Assembly: GCA_021852275.1 (NCBI GenBank)
Contig: JAJZNX010000015.1
Location: 9,316-73,315 of the forward strand
Origin: Planctomycetota bacterium
GTDB taxonomy: Bacteria; Planctomycetota; Phycisphaerae; WQYP01
Length of the DNA: 64,000 bases
Reading direction: 5' to 3'
The translations under genes and the position numbers were made by a program. Below the pieces are notes generated by a model. It was not told where the DNA came from and made no database searches. It worked only from the letters and a program-made list of their open reading frames with translations. Positions 38,282 to 47,565 of this stretch are shown piece by piece. Numbering within the stretch: position 1 is the first letter of the stretch; every line of letters begins with the position of its first letter.

Positions 38282-39643
38282 ATGATAACCACAGATACCA
38301 TTGTCGCCGTCAGCTCGCCACCCGGTCGTGGAACCAGGGGAATTATCCGCCTCAGCGGCCCGGACTCTCATCGCCTGGCGATGCAGGTCGTAGAAATTTT
38401 GCAACCTTTGAACACCGGCTATTGGCTTGCGGCGCAGGTGCGCAGTGTCAATGCCCCGGCGGGCGTTATTTTTCTGGAAAAACCGCGAAGTTTCACCGGC
38501 CAGGCGATGGTCGAACTTCATCTGCCTGGATCCCCCGTATTACTCCAGATGGTTATGGCAGAACTGCTCCTGGCCGGCGGCCGGAGTGCTCAACCCGGGG
38601 AATTCACAGCCCGGGCATTTTGCGGCGGCAAATTTGACTTAACGCGTGCCGAGGGTATTGCCGCGACCATCGCCGCCCGCAATCGTCGACAACTCCGCGC
38701 CGCTGAAAACCTGCGAAGCGGAGAATTGTTCCGTTGGACGCACAATCTGGCGGATCAACTGGCGGAGCTTTTGGCGCTTGTGGAGGCCAATATCGATTTT
38801 ACTGAAGAGCCGGATATCAGTTTCATCTCCACTGCCGCCCTGCACCGGCAGTTGGAAGCTCTGGGTGATAAAATCGCCGCACTGGTGGATAGCGCCGGCC
38901 GGTGGGAAGATTCTGATTGCCAACCGTCGGTGGTCATACTGGGCCGACCTAATGTCGGCAAAAGCTCACTTTTGAACGCCTTGCGCGGCGAACACCGGGC
39001 CATTGTTTCAGACCTGGCCGGCACCACACGCGACGCGATCTCCGTGAGCCTCTGCCACAATGGGCTGCACTTTCGCCTGACCGATGTCGCCGGCACAAGT
39101 GATCACCCATCCCCGCTGGGGCTGCAAATGGACAAGGCTCGCGGGCAAAGCCTGCAGACTGCCGATGTCATTTTACTGGTAACTGCTCCTCCGGAAGATC
39201 CGCAGTTGGCCGCGAAAGCCCTGGCCGACACTGTAGAAAAATACAGCGTGCCGCTCATTTTGGTCCAAAACAAGGCTGATCTTCCGGCATTTACCGCAGT
39301 AGATGCCCGTCATTTCCCCTGGCCGACTATCCGCGTTTCTGCCCGCACCGGCCAGAATCTCGATCCGCTCCAAGACCTGATAACCAGCGCCATCAACCAG
39401 GGACCTGCGTTGACCGGAGACCATATCGCGCTGAATACCCGTCACCGCGTGGTGCTGCAGCAGGCGCTTGGATCCATGCGGGAAGCGGAAAAACTCTGCT
39501 CCACCACCGCCGGTGATACCATGCCGGAATTGCTGGCCGGAGAACTGCGGCAGGCCCTGCAGGCCCTCGGCGAAATTTCCGGGGCCATCAGCGCTGATGA
39601 CCTGCTGGGTAAAATTTTCGGCCGATTCTGCATCGGCAAATAA
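38282..39643 (+). CDS. mnmE: tRNA uridine-5-carboxymethylaminomethyl modification GTPase MnmE
   Basis: 453 aa. It has the DTIVAVSSPPGRGTRGIIRLSG N-terminus, the G1 motif GRPNVGKSSLLNAL, DVAGT, NKADL and the C-terminal FCIGK. Confidence 0.92.
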   Translation: MITTDTIVAVSSPPGRGTRGIIRLSGPDSHRLAMQVVEILQPLNTGYWLAAQVRSVNAPAGVIFLEKPRSFTGQAMVELHLPGSPVLLQMVMAELLLAGGRSAQPGEFTARAFCGGKFDLTRAEGIAATIAARNRRQLRAAENLRSGELFRWTHNLADQLAELLALVEANIDFTEEPDISFISTAALHRQLEALGDKIAALVDSAGRWEDSDCQPSVVILGRPNVGKSSLLNALRGEHRAIVSDLAGTTRDAISVSLCHNGLHFRLTDVAGTSDHPSPLGLQMDKARGQSLQTADVILLVTAPPEDPQLAAKALADTVEKYSVPLILVQNKADLPAFTAVDARHFPWPTIRVSARTGQNLDPLQDLITSAINQGPALTGDHIALNTRHRVVLQQALGSMREAEKLCSTTAGDTMPELLAGELRQALQALGEISGAISADDLLGKIFGRFCIGK

Positions 39644-39650
39644 CGCCTCA

Positions 39651-40502
39651 CTATGCCACCGCGGCCAGGGGAATAACCTGCTCGCACAAAGCGGACACGG
39701 TGTATTGCCGGGCCAGATCGATCGCCACCACCGCGCCGTGATTGTGCGACGAATCAATCAGAAACAAACGCTCGGCCATTTCACCAAACCCCTTTTCCCG
39801 GGGTTGATGTCCACAGATAAAAATCTCTGCAAACCACAGGCGGGAAAGTTCCCGGAGCACCTCCACCGTCTGATGGCGCCCCCAAATCATGCGGTAAATC
39901 GAGCCCATCCGGGCATAATCGCCGGCCACAAGCGGACGCGTGAGAATGCCGGGGTCGAAATGGGCCATATCCGTCGGCCCGGGCAGCGAATGACTGACCA
40001 AAATACCATTCACCGTAATACAGGCCAGCGGCAGACACAGCACAAACGCCCGAAACGCGGTCGCCACCTCCGCCGCCCGCGAGCCGAAATGCACACATAT
40101 CGCCCGGTTAAAGCGATCCGTGAGGTCGTATCCATCCTTGAGAATTGGCATGCCGAAAATCTGCGCCCAATCGTGATTGGACAAGATGAAATGCACGCGT
40201 CCGGGAAACTTCAGGGACCAGGCAATGGCATCCAGAAGAAAATCCAGACTGTTGTCCTCGCCGTGCGCTCCCAAGGCTCCACCATGAATTAATTCCTGCA
40301 GCACAACATGCCGCTGGGTGAAAGAGTCTAAAGCGGAAAGAGTGACGATCCGCTCAAAATTGCGGCGGTGATTGTGCAGATCGCCGGTGACGATCAACTC
40401 ACCTTCAGCAGGTAAATGCAAAAGCTGGCTGTTTCGCAGCGGGTTGCCCGCGGCCTGGCGGGCGGCCTGCATCAATAAATCAATCGTTTGACTGGTCTTC
40501 AT
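39651..40502 (-). CDS. metallophosphoesterase / PPP-like protein phosphatase
   Basis: 283 aa. It shows LIVTGDLHNHRRNF (GDxH), ILSNHD (GNHE-like) and FICGHQP. It lies directly downstream of, and co-oriented with, the Ser/Thr kinase gene. Confidence 0.55.
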   Translation of the reverse strand: MKTSQTIDLLMQAARQAAGNPLRNSQLLHLPAEGELIVTGDLHNHRRNFERIVTLSALDSFTQRHVVLQELIHGGALGAHGEDNSLDFLLDAIAWSLKFPGRVHFILSNHDWAQIFGMPILKDGYDLTDRFNRAICVHFGSRAAEVATAFRAFVLCLPLACITVNGILVSHSLPGPTDMAHFDPGILTRPLVAGDYARMGSIYRMIWGRHQTVEVLRELSRLWFAEIFICGHQPREKGFGEMAERLFLIDSSHNHGAVVAIDLARQYTVSALCEQVIPLAAVA

Positions 40503-40606
40503 ATAATGCGTCCGCCGCGAGAGTGCTTCAGGTGTTTTATACTACCAACCTGGTTTATCGCCAACATCCATCCCACCTGGCCGCACCCGGGTAGACACTA
40601 TTTTAA

Positions 40607-41503
40607 TTACGTAACCGTATCGTCTTTATTGCCGGTAGCGGCCGGGCTGGCACCGCCCAAGCCCAGGGTATCATCCAGGCGCAGGGTGGAGCTTAAGCTT
40701 AATACCAGTTCCAACCGGGAAATCACCTCATCCATACTGGCCGGGCGATCCGATGGACGATTTTCAATACATTCCAAAATGAGTTTGGAAAAAGACACGG
40801 GAATTCGCGGATTGATTTCATGCGGAGAAACCAGTTCGCGCGAGGATACCGCCGCCAATCCCTGCCGGCGCTTGGGGATGACCGTGGGAACGTGCCGATC
40901 GGTAACGCACCAGTAAAAGGTGGCCCCAAAATTGAAAACGTCGGTGGCCGGGGTCAGCGGGCCCAGGGCCACCTGTTCCGGGGCGATATAATCCGGAGTT
41001 CCCTGGATGCGGGATTTGACCGTACCGATGGTACAACTCTGGCCGAAATCAATGATCTTGCAGTGGCCATCCGGGTTGACCAGAATGTTATTAGGTTTTA
41101 TATCCGCATGCACATAGCCCAACTTATGCATGGCCCCCAGCCCGCGTGCGACCTGGCAGGCGATGGACAGCAAATCCCGTAAATTGGCCGGCCTTTCAGA
41201 GTCCAGCGAGGTGCCATCCACCAGATCCATCAACAAATGCAATTCAACGGTGGTCAGCAGCTTGCGTTTTTTAATCAGCCGGTGGCTTTTACGCAGGGCT
41301 GGATGGTCAAACTGGCTGCTGATCTGATATTCCTGGCTGGCCTGCTCCAGGAATCTGTCATCTTCGGCACTGCGGCGTATAACCCTTTTGAGAGCATAAA
41401 CCTGGCCCGTCCGGTTTTCGCACACGGCGTAAATAGTGCTTCTTGCTCCGTAGCCGAGACACGAAAGCACTTCAAAATCCGATATTTCTGGTAACGGTTC
41501 CAT
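40607..41503 (-). CDS. serine/threonine protein kinase (Hanks type), soluble
   Basis: 298 aa. It carries YALKRV (VAIK-like), the catalytic loop HADIKPNNILV, DFG and the activation segment GTPDYIAPEQ. No TM or sensor domain is present. Confidence 0.85.
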   Translation of the reverse strand: MEPLPEISDFEVLSCLGYGARSTIYAVCENRTGQVYALKRVIRRSAEDDRFLEQASQEYQISSQFDHPALRKSHRLIKKRKLLTTVELHLLMDLVDGTSLDSERPANLRDLLSIACQVARGLGAMHKLGYVHADIKPNNILVNPDGHCKIIDFGQSCTIGTVKSRIQGTPDYIAPEQVALGPLTPATDVFNFGATFYWCVTDRHVPTVIPKRRQGLAAVSSRELVSPHEINPRIPVSFSKLILECIENRPSDRPASMDEVISRLELVLSLSSTLRLDDTLGLGGASPAATGNKDDTVT

Positions 41504-41668
41504 TAAATTTAATCAGGTCCTTTTTCCGTCATGGCGGCGCCCCCATAATCCATCGGCCAAAAACAACCGGTAACATGCCGATAATTACCAACATCCAGGC
41601 CAATAGAGCAACGCGGCAGAGCTATGAGCATTGCCACGGCGTAACGGGGATGGATTTGCCAGGCCTGT

Positions 41669-42397
41669 TTAACGGCCCAACAACCCATTGAATTGGCTGG
41701 AGAGAGATGCTTCCTGCGGGGTGGAATCGCTGGCAATATCCCATTGAAACTTCACCCGTGAATCAGGAACATTGTACTTGCGCTGAAGCTGCTGAACCAG
41801 GCGCCGCAAAGCCGCCACCTGATTCCGCGAGAAGGGGTGGACATTGACATTACCTATAAGACAAATACCAATGGCTTGCTTATAAACGGTATAATGATGA
41901 TAACGAGGGTCGGGCCACTGGCAATAGGGTGCGGCGAACTCCTGATGCAGCCAAGTTGTTCCAATTTCAACATTTCCATCCGCCTTGTCGGCGCTGTTGC
42001 GCCCATTGTCAATTACAAAATGAAAATCAGCAGGTACCTCCTGAAGCACCCGGCCGCCGGCGACACCGGGACCATGGGTATCTTCCAACAAACGTCCACG
42101 CTCCAACTCAGCCGCATCACCCGAGGAACTATGCGACTGATAAATAACGATGTATTTCCACCGCCGCGCCGGTACCAGGGGGGCCAGATGCCGCCAAGTC
42201 AGGGAATTAAGGTTGACGCGTTTGCTTGTAGCCAGCAGGTTATACCGGCTGACTCCGGCAATCGGATGACCTTCCAGCAACAGCAGCATGCCGGCACACA
42301 ACGACAGACTGAACACCAGACTGACCAGCACTGCAAAAACACGGCTGTAAGTTACCGGCCGTTTGCGTGATCGACTTTTACCAGTACTGGCGGCCAT
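41669..42397 (-). CDS. membrane-anchored N-acetylmuramoyl-L-alanine amidase-like (Amidase_2/PGRP fold) protein
   Basis: 242 aa with an N-terminal TM helix (VFAVLVSLVFSLSLCAGMLLLL). WKYIVIYQSHSSSGDAAEL, FHFVIDNGRNSADKADGNVEIG and IGICLIGN...FSRNQVAALRRLVQQLQRKYNVP follow the Amidase_2 pattern. Confidence 0.45.
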   Translation of the reverse strand: MAASTGKSRSRKRPVTYSRVFAVLVSLVFSLSLCAGMLLLLEGHPIAGVSRYNLLATSKRVNLNSLTWRHLAPLVPARRWKYIVIYQSHSSSGDAAELERGRLLEDTHGPGVAGGRVLQEVPADFHFVIDNGRNSADKADGNVEIGTTWLHQEFAAPYCQWPDPRYHHYTVYKQAIGICLIGNVNVHPFSRNQVAALRRLVQQLQRKYNVPDSRVKFQWDIASDSTPQEASLSSQFNGLLGR

Positions 42398-42728
42398 GGA
42401 CCAAACCTTATGAAATCCCTAAACCCCACTATCGGATAATCAAGGGCATTTTCATCAATTTATCACAGCAACGGGATTAAATCCAGTCTCATGGCCTCCG
42501 GCCCGACTTATTTGTTAATCCGACCGGCAGATAATTTTCGATATGCTATTGACCAAAGACGTCCGGATGTCTACCATATGTGTGTTTGGCATTTCTGGGT
42601 GAGAAAGCCGGATGACACTATGGGTGCTTCCGGGGTTTAGTTGGTCTTAAAAAAGTTCCCCGCTGGTAAAGCAGTTGCGGATGCTGTGGAATTCAGCAAG
42701 CGGTACAATAGAGACAGGAGTATGAATT

Positions 42729-43757
42729 ATGAACGTCGAAGCCGCCCTTCTCCACGCCAAACGAGTTCTGTTTGTATTCTTAAGTCTGGGTCTTTTAATC
42801 CTGATACTGGGCATAGTCTGCCTGACCATTACGCTCAAAGAAACCGCGGTACACGTGGGCGGCTGGCAGGCGTTTGACCAGGCCGCGCCCAGTCTGGCCA
42901 TTATGCTGTTCGGCCTGATGATTACCATCACCGTCGGCTTCATCGAGCCGCTGCTGTCCATTCGCCTGCAACAGACCGCCGCCGAGCACTGGCGCTATGA
43001 ACAGATCCGCGGAGCCATGGAAAGTCAGCGTCAGCAACTGGAAGCCATCCGCGAAAGTGTTTCGCTATCTGATGCGGCCAAACAGGTGGCCTACCGCCAT
43101 AAGGATCGCGAGGCCCTCCGCCATGCGATCCGTGAGGATATTGATAAAAATGACTACGAAGCGGCCTATTGGCTGACCAGCGAAATGGAACGCCGCTTCG
43201 GCAGCAAGCAGGAAGCAACGCAATTGCGCGACATGATCGAAAACGCGCGTCGCAAATTCATCGAAACTGAAGTGCGCGAATCTCTGGTACATTTTGATCA
43301 ACTGCTCAAACGCTACGACTGGGCGTCCTGTTACCGGGAAATGGAACAACTCATGCGCATGTTTTCATCGCATCCTGATATCCAGCGGCTGCCCGAGCGA
43401 CTCCAGGCCTCCCGCGAAGCCCACAAACGATCTCTGCTGCGGGAATGGAAAGATTCCGTTTCCAAGGATGATGTGGATCGGAGTGTGGAACTCCTCAAGC
43501 AGTTGGATCAATACCTTACCCCGGGTGAAGCGGAAGGTTACAAGGAAATAGCGCGTGATGTATTTAAAAAGAAACTCCAGCAGCTTGGCGTGCAGTTTGC
43601 TCTGCACGTCAATGATAAAAACTGGCCCGACGCTTTGCGCATCGGCCAGCAGATTATCGACGAATTTCCCAACGCCCGCATCGCCTCGGAAGTGCGCGAC
43701 CGGATGCCCATTATCAAGGAAAAAGTCCAGCCGACCCAGCCGTCGCTTGCCATCTGA
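42729..43757 (+). CDS. membrane protein with long helical (coiled-coil/TPR-like) cytoplasmic region, unknown function
   Basis: 342 aa with two N-terminal TM helices, followed by a charged, highly helical sequence (QQLEAIRESV..., EAAYWLTSEMERRFG..., WPDALRIGQQIIDEFP). No motif was recognised. Confidence 0.45.
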   Translation: MNVEAALLHAKRVLFVFLSLGLLILILGIVCLTITLKETAVHVGGWQAFDQAAPSLAIMLFGLMITITVGFIEPLLSIRLQQTAAEHWRYEQIRGAMESQRQQLEAIRESVSLSDAAKQVAYRHKDREALRHAIREDIDKNDYEAAYWLTSEMERRFGSKQEATQLRDMIENARRKFIETEVRESLVHFDQLLKRYDWASCYREMEQLMRMFSSHPDIQRLPERLQASREAHKRSLLREWKDSVSKDDVDRSVELLKQLDQYLTPGEAEGYKEIARDVFKKKLQQLGVQFALHVNDKNWPDALRIGQQIIDEFPNARIASEVRDRMPIIKEKVQPTQPSLAI

Positions 43758-43838
43758 AATTGCAGTGCCTATGCCGTCGGGCCGTTCGCGGACAATTGCG
43801 TCCTGGCCATGGAACGGCGCGCCGGGAGTTGCTCTCGG

Positions 43839-44804
43839 ATGAACATTGTCTTTCTTTCTTCCGGTGCTTTTGGCATTCCCACCCTGAAGCTTCTGCTTAG
43901 CGGCCGCCATCGGATACTGGAGGTGATTTCGCAACCAGACCGACCGGCCGGCCGCGGGCGGCATTTTACACCCACACCCGTGGCGGAATTTGCGCGGGAC
44001 CATGGTCTGCCCGTTACCACCGCCGCAAATGTTAACGATGCGGAATCGCTTTCCCGAATGGCCGATCTGGCGGCAAACGTCATGGTGGTTATAGCGTTTG
44101 GACAGAAGCTATCGGATCACCTGCTGGCCCTGGCCCCCCACGGAGGCATTAACCTGCACGCATCGGTGCTGCCGGCTTTACGCGGAGCCGCCCCGATTAA
44201 CCGGGCCATACTGGCCGGACTCACGCACACCGGAGTATCGGTGATTCGAGTCAGCAGACGCATGGATGCCGGCGATATTCTCGGGGTTTGCCATACACCC
44301 ATTGGAGATACCGAAACCGCCGGCGAATTACACGACCGCCTGGCCGTACTGGGGGCACCCCTGCTGGTACAGGTTTTGGACCAGTTGGACAGTGAAACAT
44401 CGATCCCGGCCACCCCGCAGGATGAATCCCGCGCTTCCTCGGCATCCAAACTCAGCCGCGCCATGGGCTGGGTTGATTTTACCCGCCCCGCCATCGAAGT
44501 TTCCGCAAGAATCCGCGGCTTGTCGCCCTGGCCCGGCTGTGCAGTAGACGTTTTCACCACCGAAGCGAAACTGCGCACCGGGGCCATCGTCCACAAGTGC
44601 CGCGCCAACGCCGATGCACCGGTGCCGTCCGGTACAGCCCCCGGAACCGTATTGCCGGACCTCACCATAGCCTGTGGTACGGGCACACTTTCCATCCTCA
44701 CCCTGCAACCCACCGGCCGCAAAATGATGGATCTACCCTCATTCATCAACGGCTACGGCCTGGCTGCCGGTTACCAGCTCCAATCATTGCCGCCCACTGG
44801 CTGA
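43839..44804 (+). CDS. fmt: methionyl-tRNA formyltransferase
   Basis: From the ATG at 43839 the protein reads MNIVFLSSGAFGIPTLKLLL...VISQPDRPAGRGR. NLHASVLPALRGAAPINRAI (the SLLP/HxSLLPxxRG motif) is also present, and the length is about 320 aa. Confidence 0.9.
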   Translation: MNIVFLSSGAFGIPTLKLLLSGRHRILEVISQPDRPAGRGRHFTPTPVAEFARDHGLPVTTAANVNDAESLSRMADLAANVMVVIAFGQKLSDHLLALAPHGGINLHASVLPALRGAAPINRAILAGLTHTGVSVIRVSRRMDAGDILGVCHTPIGDTETAGELHDRLAVLGAPLLVQVLDQLDSETSIPATPQDESRASSASKLSRAMGWVDFTRPAIEVSARIRGLSPWPGCAVDVFTTEAKLRTGAIVHKCRANADAPVPSGTAPGTVLPDLTIACGTGTLSILTLQPTGRKMMDLPSFINGYGLAAGYQLQSLPPTG

Positions 44805-44833
44805 ATTTCGCCAACGACGTTATTTTATTGTCC

Positions 44834-46255
44834 ATGAGTCGCGAAAATTCCATCCGTGTTCTGATTGTTGATGACGAAGTGGGTCATGCTGATGCCATCA
44901 GTGAGGCCATTGCCCGTATCGGCTTACCGGTCAAACAGGCTCACAATCTAGTCGATGCCAAGCGATTTTTTACTGAGGATGAATTTGATCTGGTCATCAC
45001 CGATTTGCGCATGGACAGTCTCCGCGACGGTTTTGATCTGCTGGAATTCGTCCGCCGTACGCGCCCCGGCACCGAAGTCATTGTGGTAACCGCACATGGA
45101 GATGTTACTACGGCGGTGGAGGCGATGCGTAACGGAGCCTGGGATTTTATTCAAAAACCGCTGGATCTGGATATCATCCGGGCCCAGGTGCGGCGAGCAG
45201 CCGAAAAGATACGCCTTCACAAACAAAATTCCCGGTTTCAGATCGCGCTGGATCAGAAATTCGGCATGCAGGGTATTATCGGTAACAGCGAACCCATGCG
45301 CCGCGCCCTGCAGATGGTACGGCAAATAGCCCCCACGGATATCAGCGTGCTGATTCTGGGTGAATCCGGCACAGGCAAGGAACTCATCGCCCGGGCCATT
45401 CACCAGAATTCCCGGCGCAGCGCCGGCAGATTCGTAGCCCTCAATTGCGCCGGCCTCAACGAAAGCACCCTGGAAGATGAACTGTTCGGTCATATCCGCG
45501 GGGCCTTTACCGACGCCCGCGGAGATCGCGAAGGCCGCTTTGAATATGCCGACGGCGGCACCCTTTTCCTCGATGAAATCGGCGATATGCCTTTGACCAT
45601 GCAGGCCAAGCTGCTGCGGGTTCTGCAGGATCGCCAGATTGTGCGCATCGGTTCCAATGACCCCATAGATGTGGATGTGCGTTTTGTGGCCGCCACCAAT
45701 AAAGACCTTGAACACGCCGTACGTATCAAGGAATTCCGTGACGATCTTTATTTTCGCATCAAAGGGGCCACCATTCACCTGCTGCCGCTGCGTCTGCGCC
45801 GTGAGGATATCCCACCCCTCATCAGCCACCTCATCGAGAAAAGCGCGCAACGTCTCGGCAAGAGCATTCGCGGCATTGAACCCGAAGCCCTCAAAACGAT
45901 GGTGGCCTACGACTGGCCCGGCAATGTGCGGCAACTGGAAAACGTCATTGATAATATGATTGCCCTGGCTACCGGTCCGCTGTTGACCATGACCGATGTG
46001 CCGGCGGAAATTGTCGGTCCTTATTCGGTGGAAACTCTGTCCACCACGGCGCTGGTGCCCGTGGATCACCTGGATACCGGGCCGGGCACGGCCATCACCA
46101 ACGTGGTCGGGATGACGCTGGCGGATCTGGAAAAGCAGGCCATCGACAAAACGCTTAAAATGTTCAATGGCAATCGGGAACAGGCCGCCCGGGCACTGGG
46201 TATCGGCGAAAGAACTCTTTACCGCAAAATCAAAGAATACGGCATTAACGAATAG
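44834..46255 (+). CDS. sigma-54-dependent response regulator (NtrC family), orphan
   Basis: From the ATG at 44834 there is a receiver domain (IRVLIVDDE...DLVITDLRMD). The AAA+ domain has GESGTGKELIARAIH, the GAFTDA sigma54-contact loop and ADGGTLFLDEI. The C-terminal Fis-type HTH is REQAARALGIGERTLYRKIKEYGI. No histidine kinase gene is adjacent. Confidence 0.85.
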   Translation: MSRENSIRVLIVDDEVGHADAISEAIARIGLPVKQAHNLVDAKRFFTEDEFDLVITDLRMDSLRDGFDLLEFVRRTRPGTEVIVVTAHGDVTTAVEAMRNGAWDFIQKPLDLDIIRAQVRRAAEKIRLHKQNSRFQIALDQKFGMQGIIGNSEPMRRALQMVRQIAPTDISVLILGESGTGKELIARAIHQNSRRSAGRFVALNCAGLNESTLEDELFGHIRGAFTDARGDREGRFEYADGGTLFLDEIGDMPLTMQAKLLRVLQDRQIVRIGSNDPIDVDVRFVAATNKDLEHAVRIKEFRDDLYFRIKGATIHLLPLRLRREDIPPLISHLIEKSAQRLGKSIRGIEPEALKTMVAYDWPGNVRQLENVIDNMIALATGPLLTMTDVPAEIVGPYSVETLSTTALVPVDHLDTGPGTAITNVVGMTLADLEKQAIDKTLKMFNGNREQAARALGIGERTLYRKIKEYGINE

Positions 46256-46262
46256 GCTTTTT

Positions 46263-46745
46263 ATGCATGAATATCGCGTTGGCCTCGGCTACGATCTGCA
46301 CCGCACCCAGGGCGATCGCCCACTGGTTCTGGCCAATATCTCCATACCCCATGAAACGGGCCTGGTTGGCCATTCCGATGCCGACGTGGTGATTCACGCC
46401 CTTATTGACGCTATCACCGGTGCCGCCGCCCTGCCTGATGTCGGCGAAATGTTTCCCAATACCGATGCGCGGTATCAGGGGATTAACTCCGCGAACCTGC
46501 TGGTCGCCGTGATGCTGGAATTGGCAAAAACCCGCTGGCGTCTGGTCAACGTTGATATTGTTGTCATTGCCCAACGCCCCAAACTTGCACCGCACAAACC
46601 CGCCATGCGCAACCGTCTTGCCGAACTGCTGAAAATACCGCTGGATTGCGTCAACATCAAAGGCAAAACCAACGAGCGAATAGATGCCATCGGAGAGGAA
46701 AAAGCCATTGCCTGCCATTGCGTGGCCCTGCTGGCAACCGCGTAA
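46263..46745 (+). CDS. ispF: 2-C-methyl-D-erythritol 2,4-cyclodiphosphate synthase
   Basis: From the ATG at 46263 the protein reads YRVGLGYDLHR...GHSDADVVIHALIDAITGAAALPDVGEMFP, the IspF zinc/substrate motifs. Length is about 160 aa. Confidence 0.92.
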   Translation: MHEYRVGLGYDLHRTQGDRPLVLANISIPHETGLVGHSDADVVIHALIDAITGAAALPDVGEMFPNTDARYQGINSANLLVAVMLELAKTRWRLVNVDIVVIAQRPKLAPHKPAMRNRLAELLKIPLDCVNIKGKTNERIDAIGEEKAIACHCVALLATA

Positions 46746-46766
46746 CCCACTGCCATGGAGCGGCAC

Positions 46767-47249
46767 ATGCGAATTCTTGGCATTGACCCCGGCTTGCATC
46801 TCACCGGCTATGCACTACTGACGTTGCACCCCCGCGGCCCGGCCCTGGAAGAAGCCGGCGTTTTACGCATTGGCACCAAAGAACCTCTGCCCAACCGTCT
46901 GCATCAACTGCACCTCCAGATGTCCCAATTACTGATCGAATTTCCCTGCGATCACATGGCTGTGGAGCAGTTATACGCCCACTACAAACATCCGCGTACA
47001 GCCATTCTCATGGGCCATGCCCGCGGTGCGATACTGCTGGCCGCCGCCCAGGCCAAAATCCCCATCACCAGCCTGTCCAGCACGCTGGTGAAAAAAATGA
47101 TCACCGGCAACGGCCACGCCACAAAGCGGCAGATGCAATTGGCCGTGGCTGCTTTGTACCGCCTGGCCCAACCACCTTCGCCCCCCGATGTTGCCGACGC
47201 CATCGCCATAGCCTGGACCCTGGCCGCCAAGCTCCAACGACACCGCTGA
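46767..47249 (+). CDS. ruvC: crossover junction endodeoxyribonuclease RuvC
   Basis: It has the MRILGIDPGLHLTGYALL N-terminus (catalytic Asp), VEQLYAHYKHPRTAILMGHARG and the C-terminal DVADAIAIAW. Confidence 0.9.
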   Translation: MRILGIDPGLHLTGYALLTLHPRGPALEEAGVLRIGTKEPLPNRLHQLHLQMSQLLIEFPCDHMAVEQLYAHYKHPRTAILMGHARGAILLAAAQAKIPITSLSSTLVKKMITGNGHATKRQMQLAVAALYRLAQPPSPPDVADAIAIAWTLAAKLQRHR

Positions 47250-47254
47250 CCTAT

Positions 47255-47419
47255 GGAACCGGGCAAAAATAACTTCGCACTTTCCGGCTGGCCCTTTTGA
47301 CCGCCAGCTTCGTTGTTCGCTCGTTCCAGACCCACTGCCGGGGTATGCGCCTCGCTCACGCCTCGCTGGCGGCCAAAATTTCTGCGCCGTAAAATATGAA
47401 TTTATTTTTGCGCGGTTCC
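47255..47419. repeat. 165-bp long imperfect palindromic element (nested inverted repeats)
   Basis: The outer arms GGAACCGGGCAAAAATAA (47255-47272) and TTATTTTTGCGCGGTTCC (47402-47419) match at 17/18 positions. The inner arms TTTTGACCGCCAGC (47295-47308) and GCTGGCGGCCAAAA (47365-47378) match at 13/14. The sequence between the arms is also partly complementary, and the central loop is 56 nt. TAT flanks both ends. The element starts 6 nt after the ruvC stop. Confidence 0.6.
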
Positions 47420-47565
47420 TATGAATCAGCCATCAGGTCTACATTTCCAACGGGCCGGTGCCCGGGCCAACATCATTTTACTGCCGGCCAAGGTACGTGT
47501 CGTCTCTATAACCCTGGCTGCCATTCGTAATTGCACCATGAGAATTTGCTGCCTCCGCCAGCAAA

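Noticed and set aside
44948-46069. A 373-aa ORF on the minus strand.
   Set aside because: It lies entirely antisense to the sigma54-dependent response regulator, whose receiver, AAA+ and HTH motifs are unambiguous. The antisense product has no recognisable motif and looks like a typical GC-rich shadow ORF.
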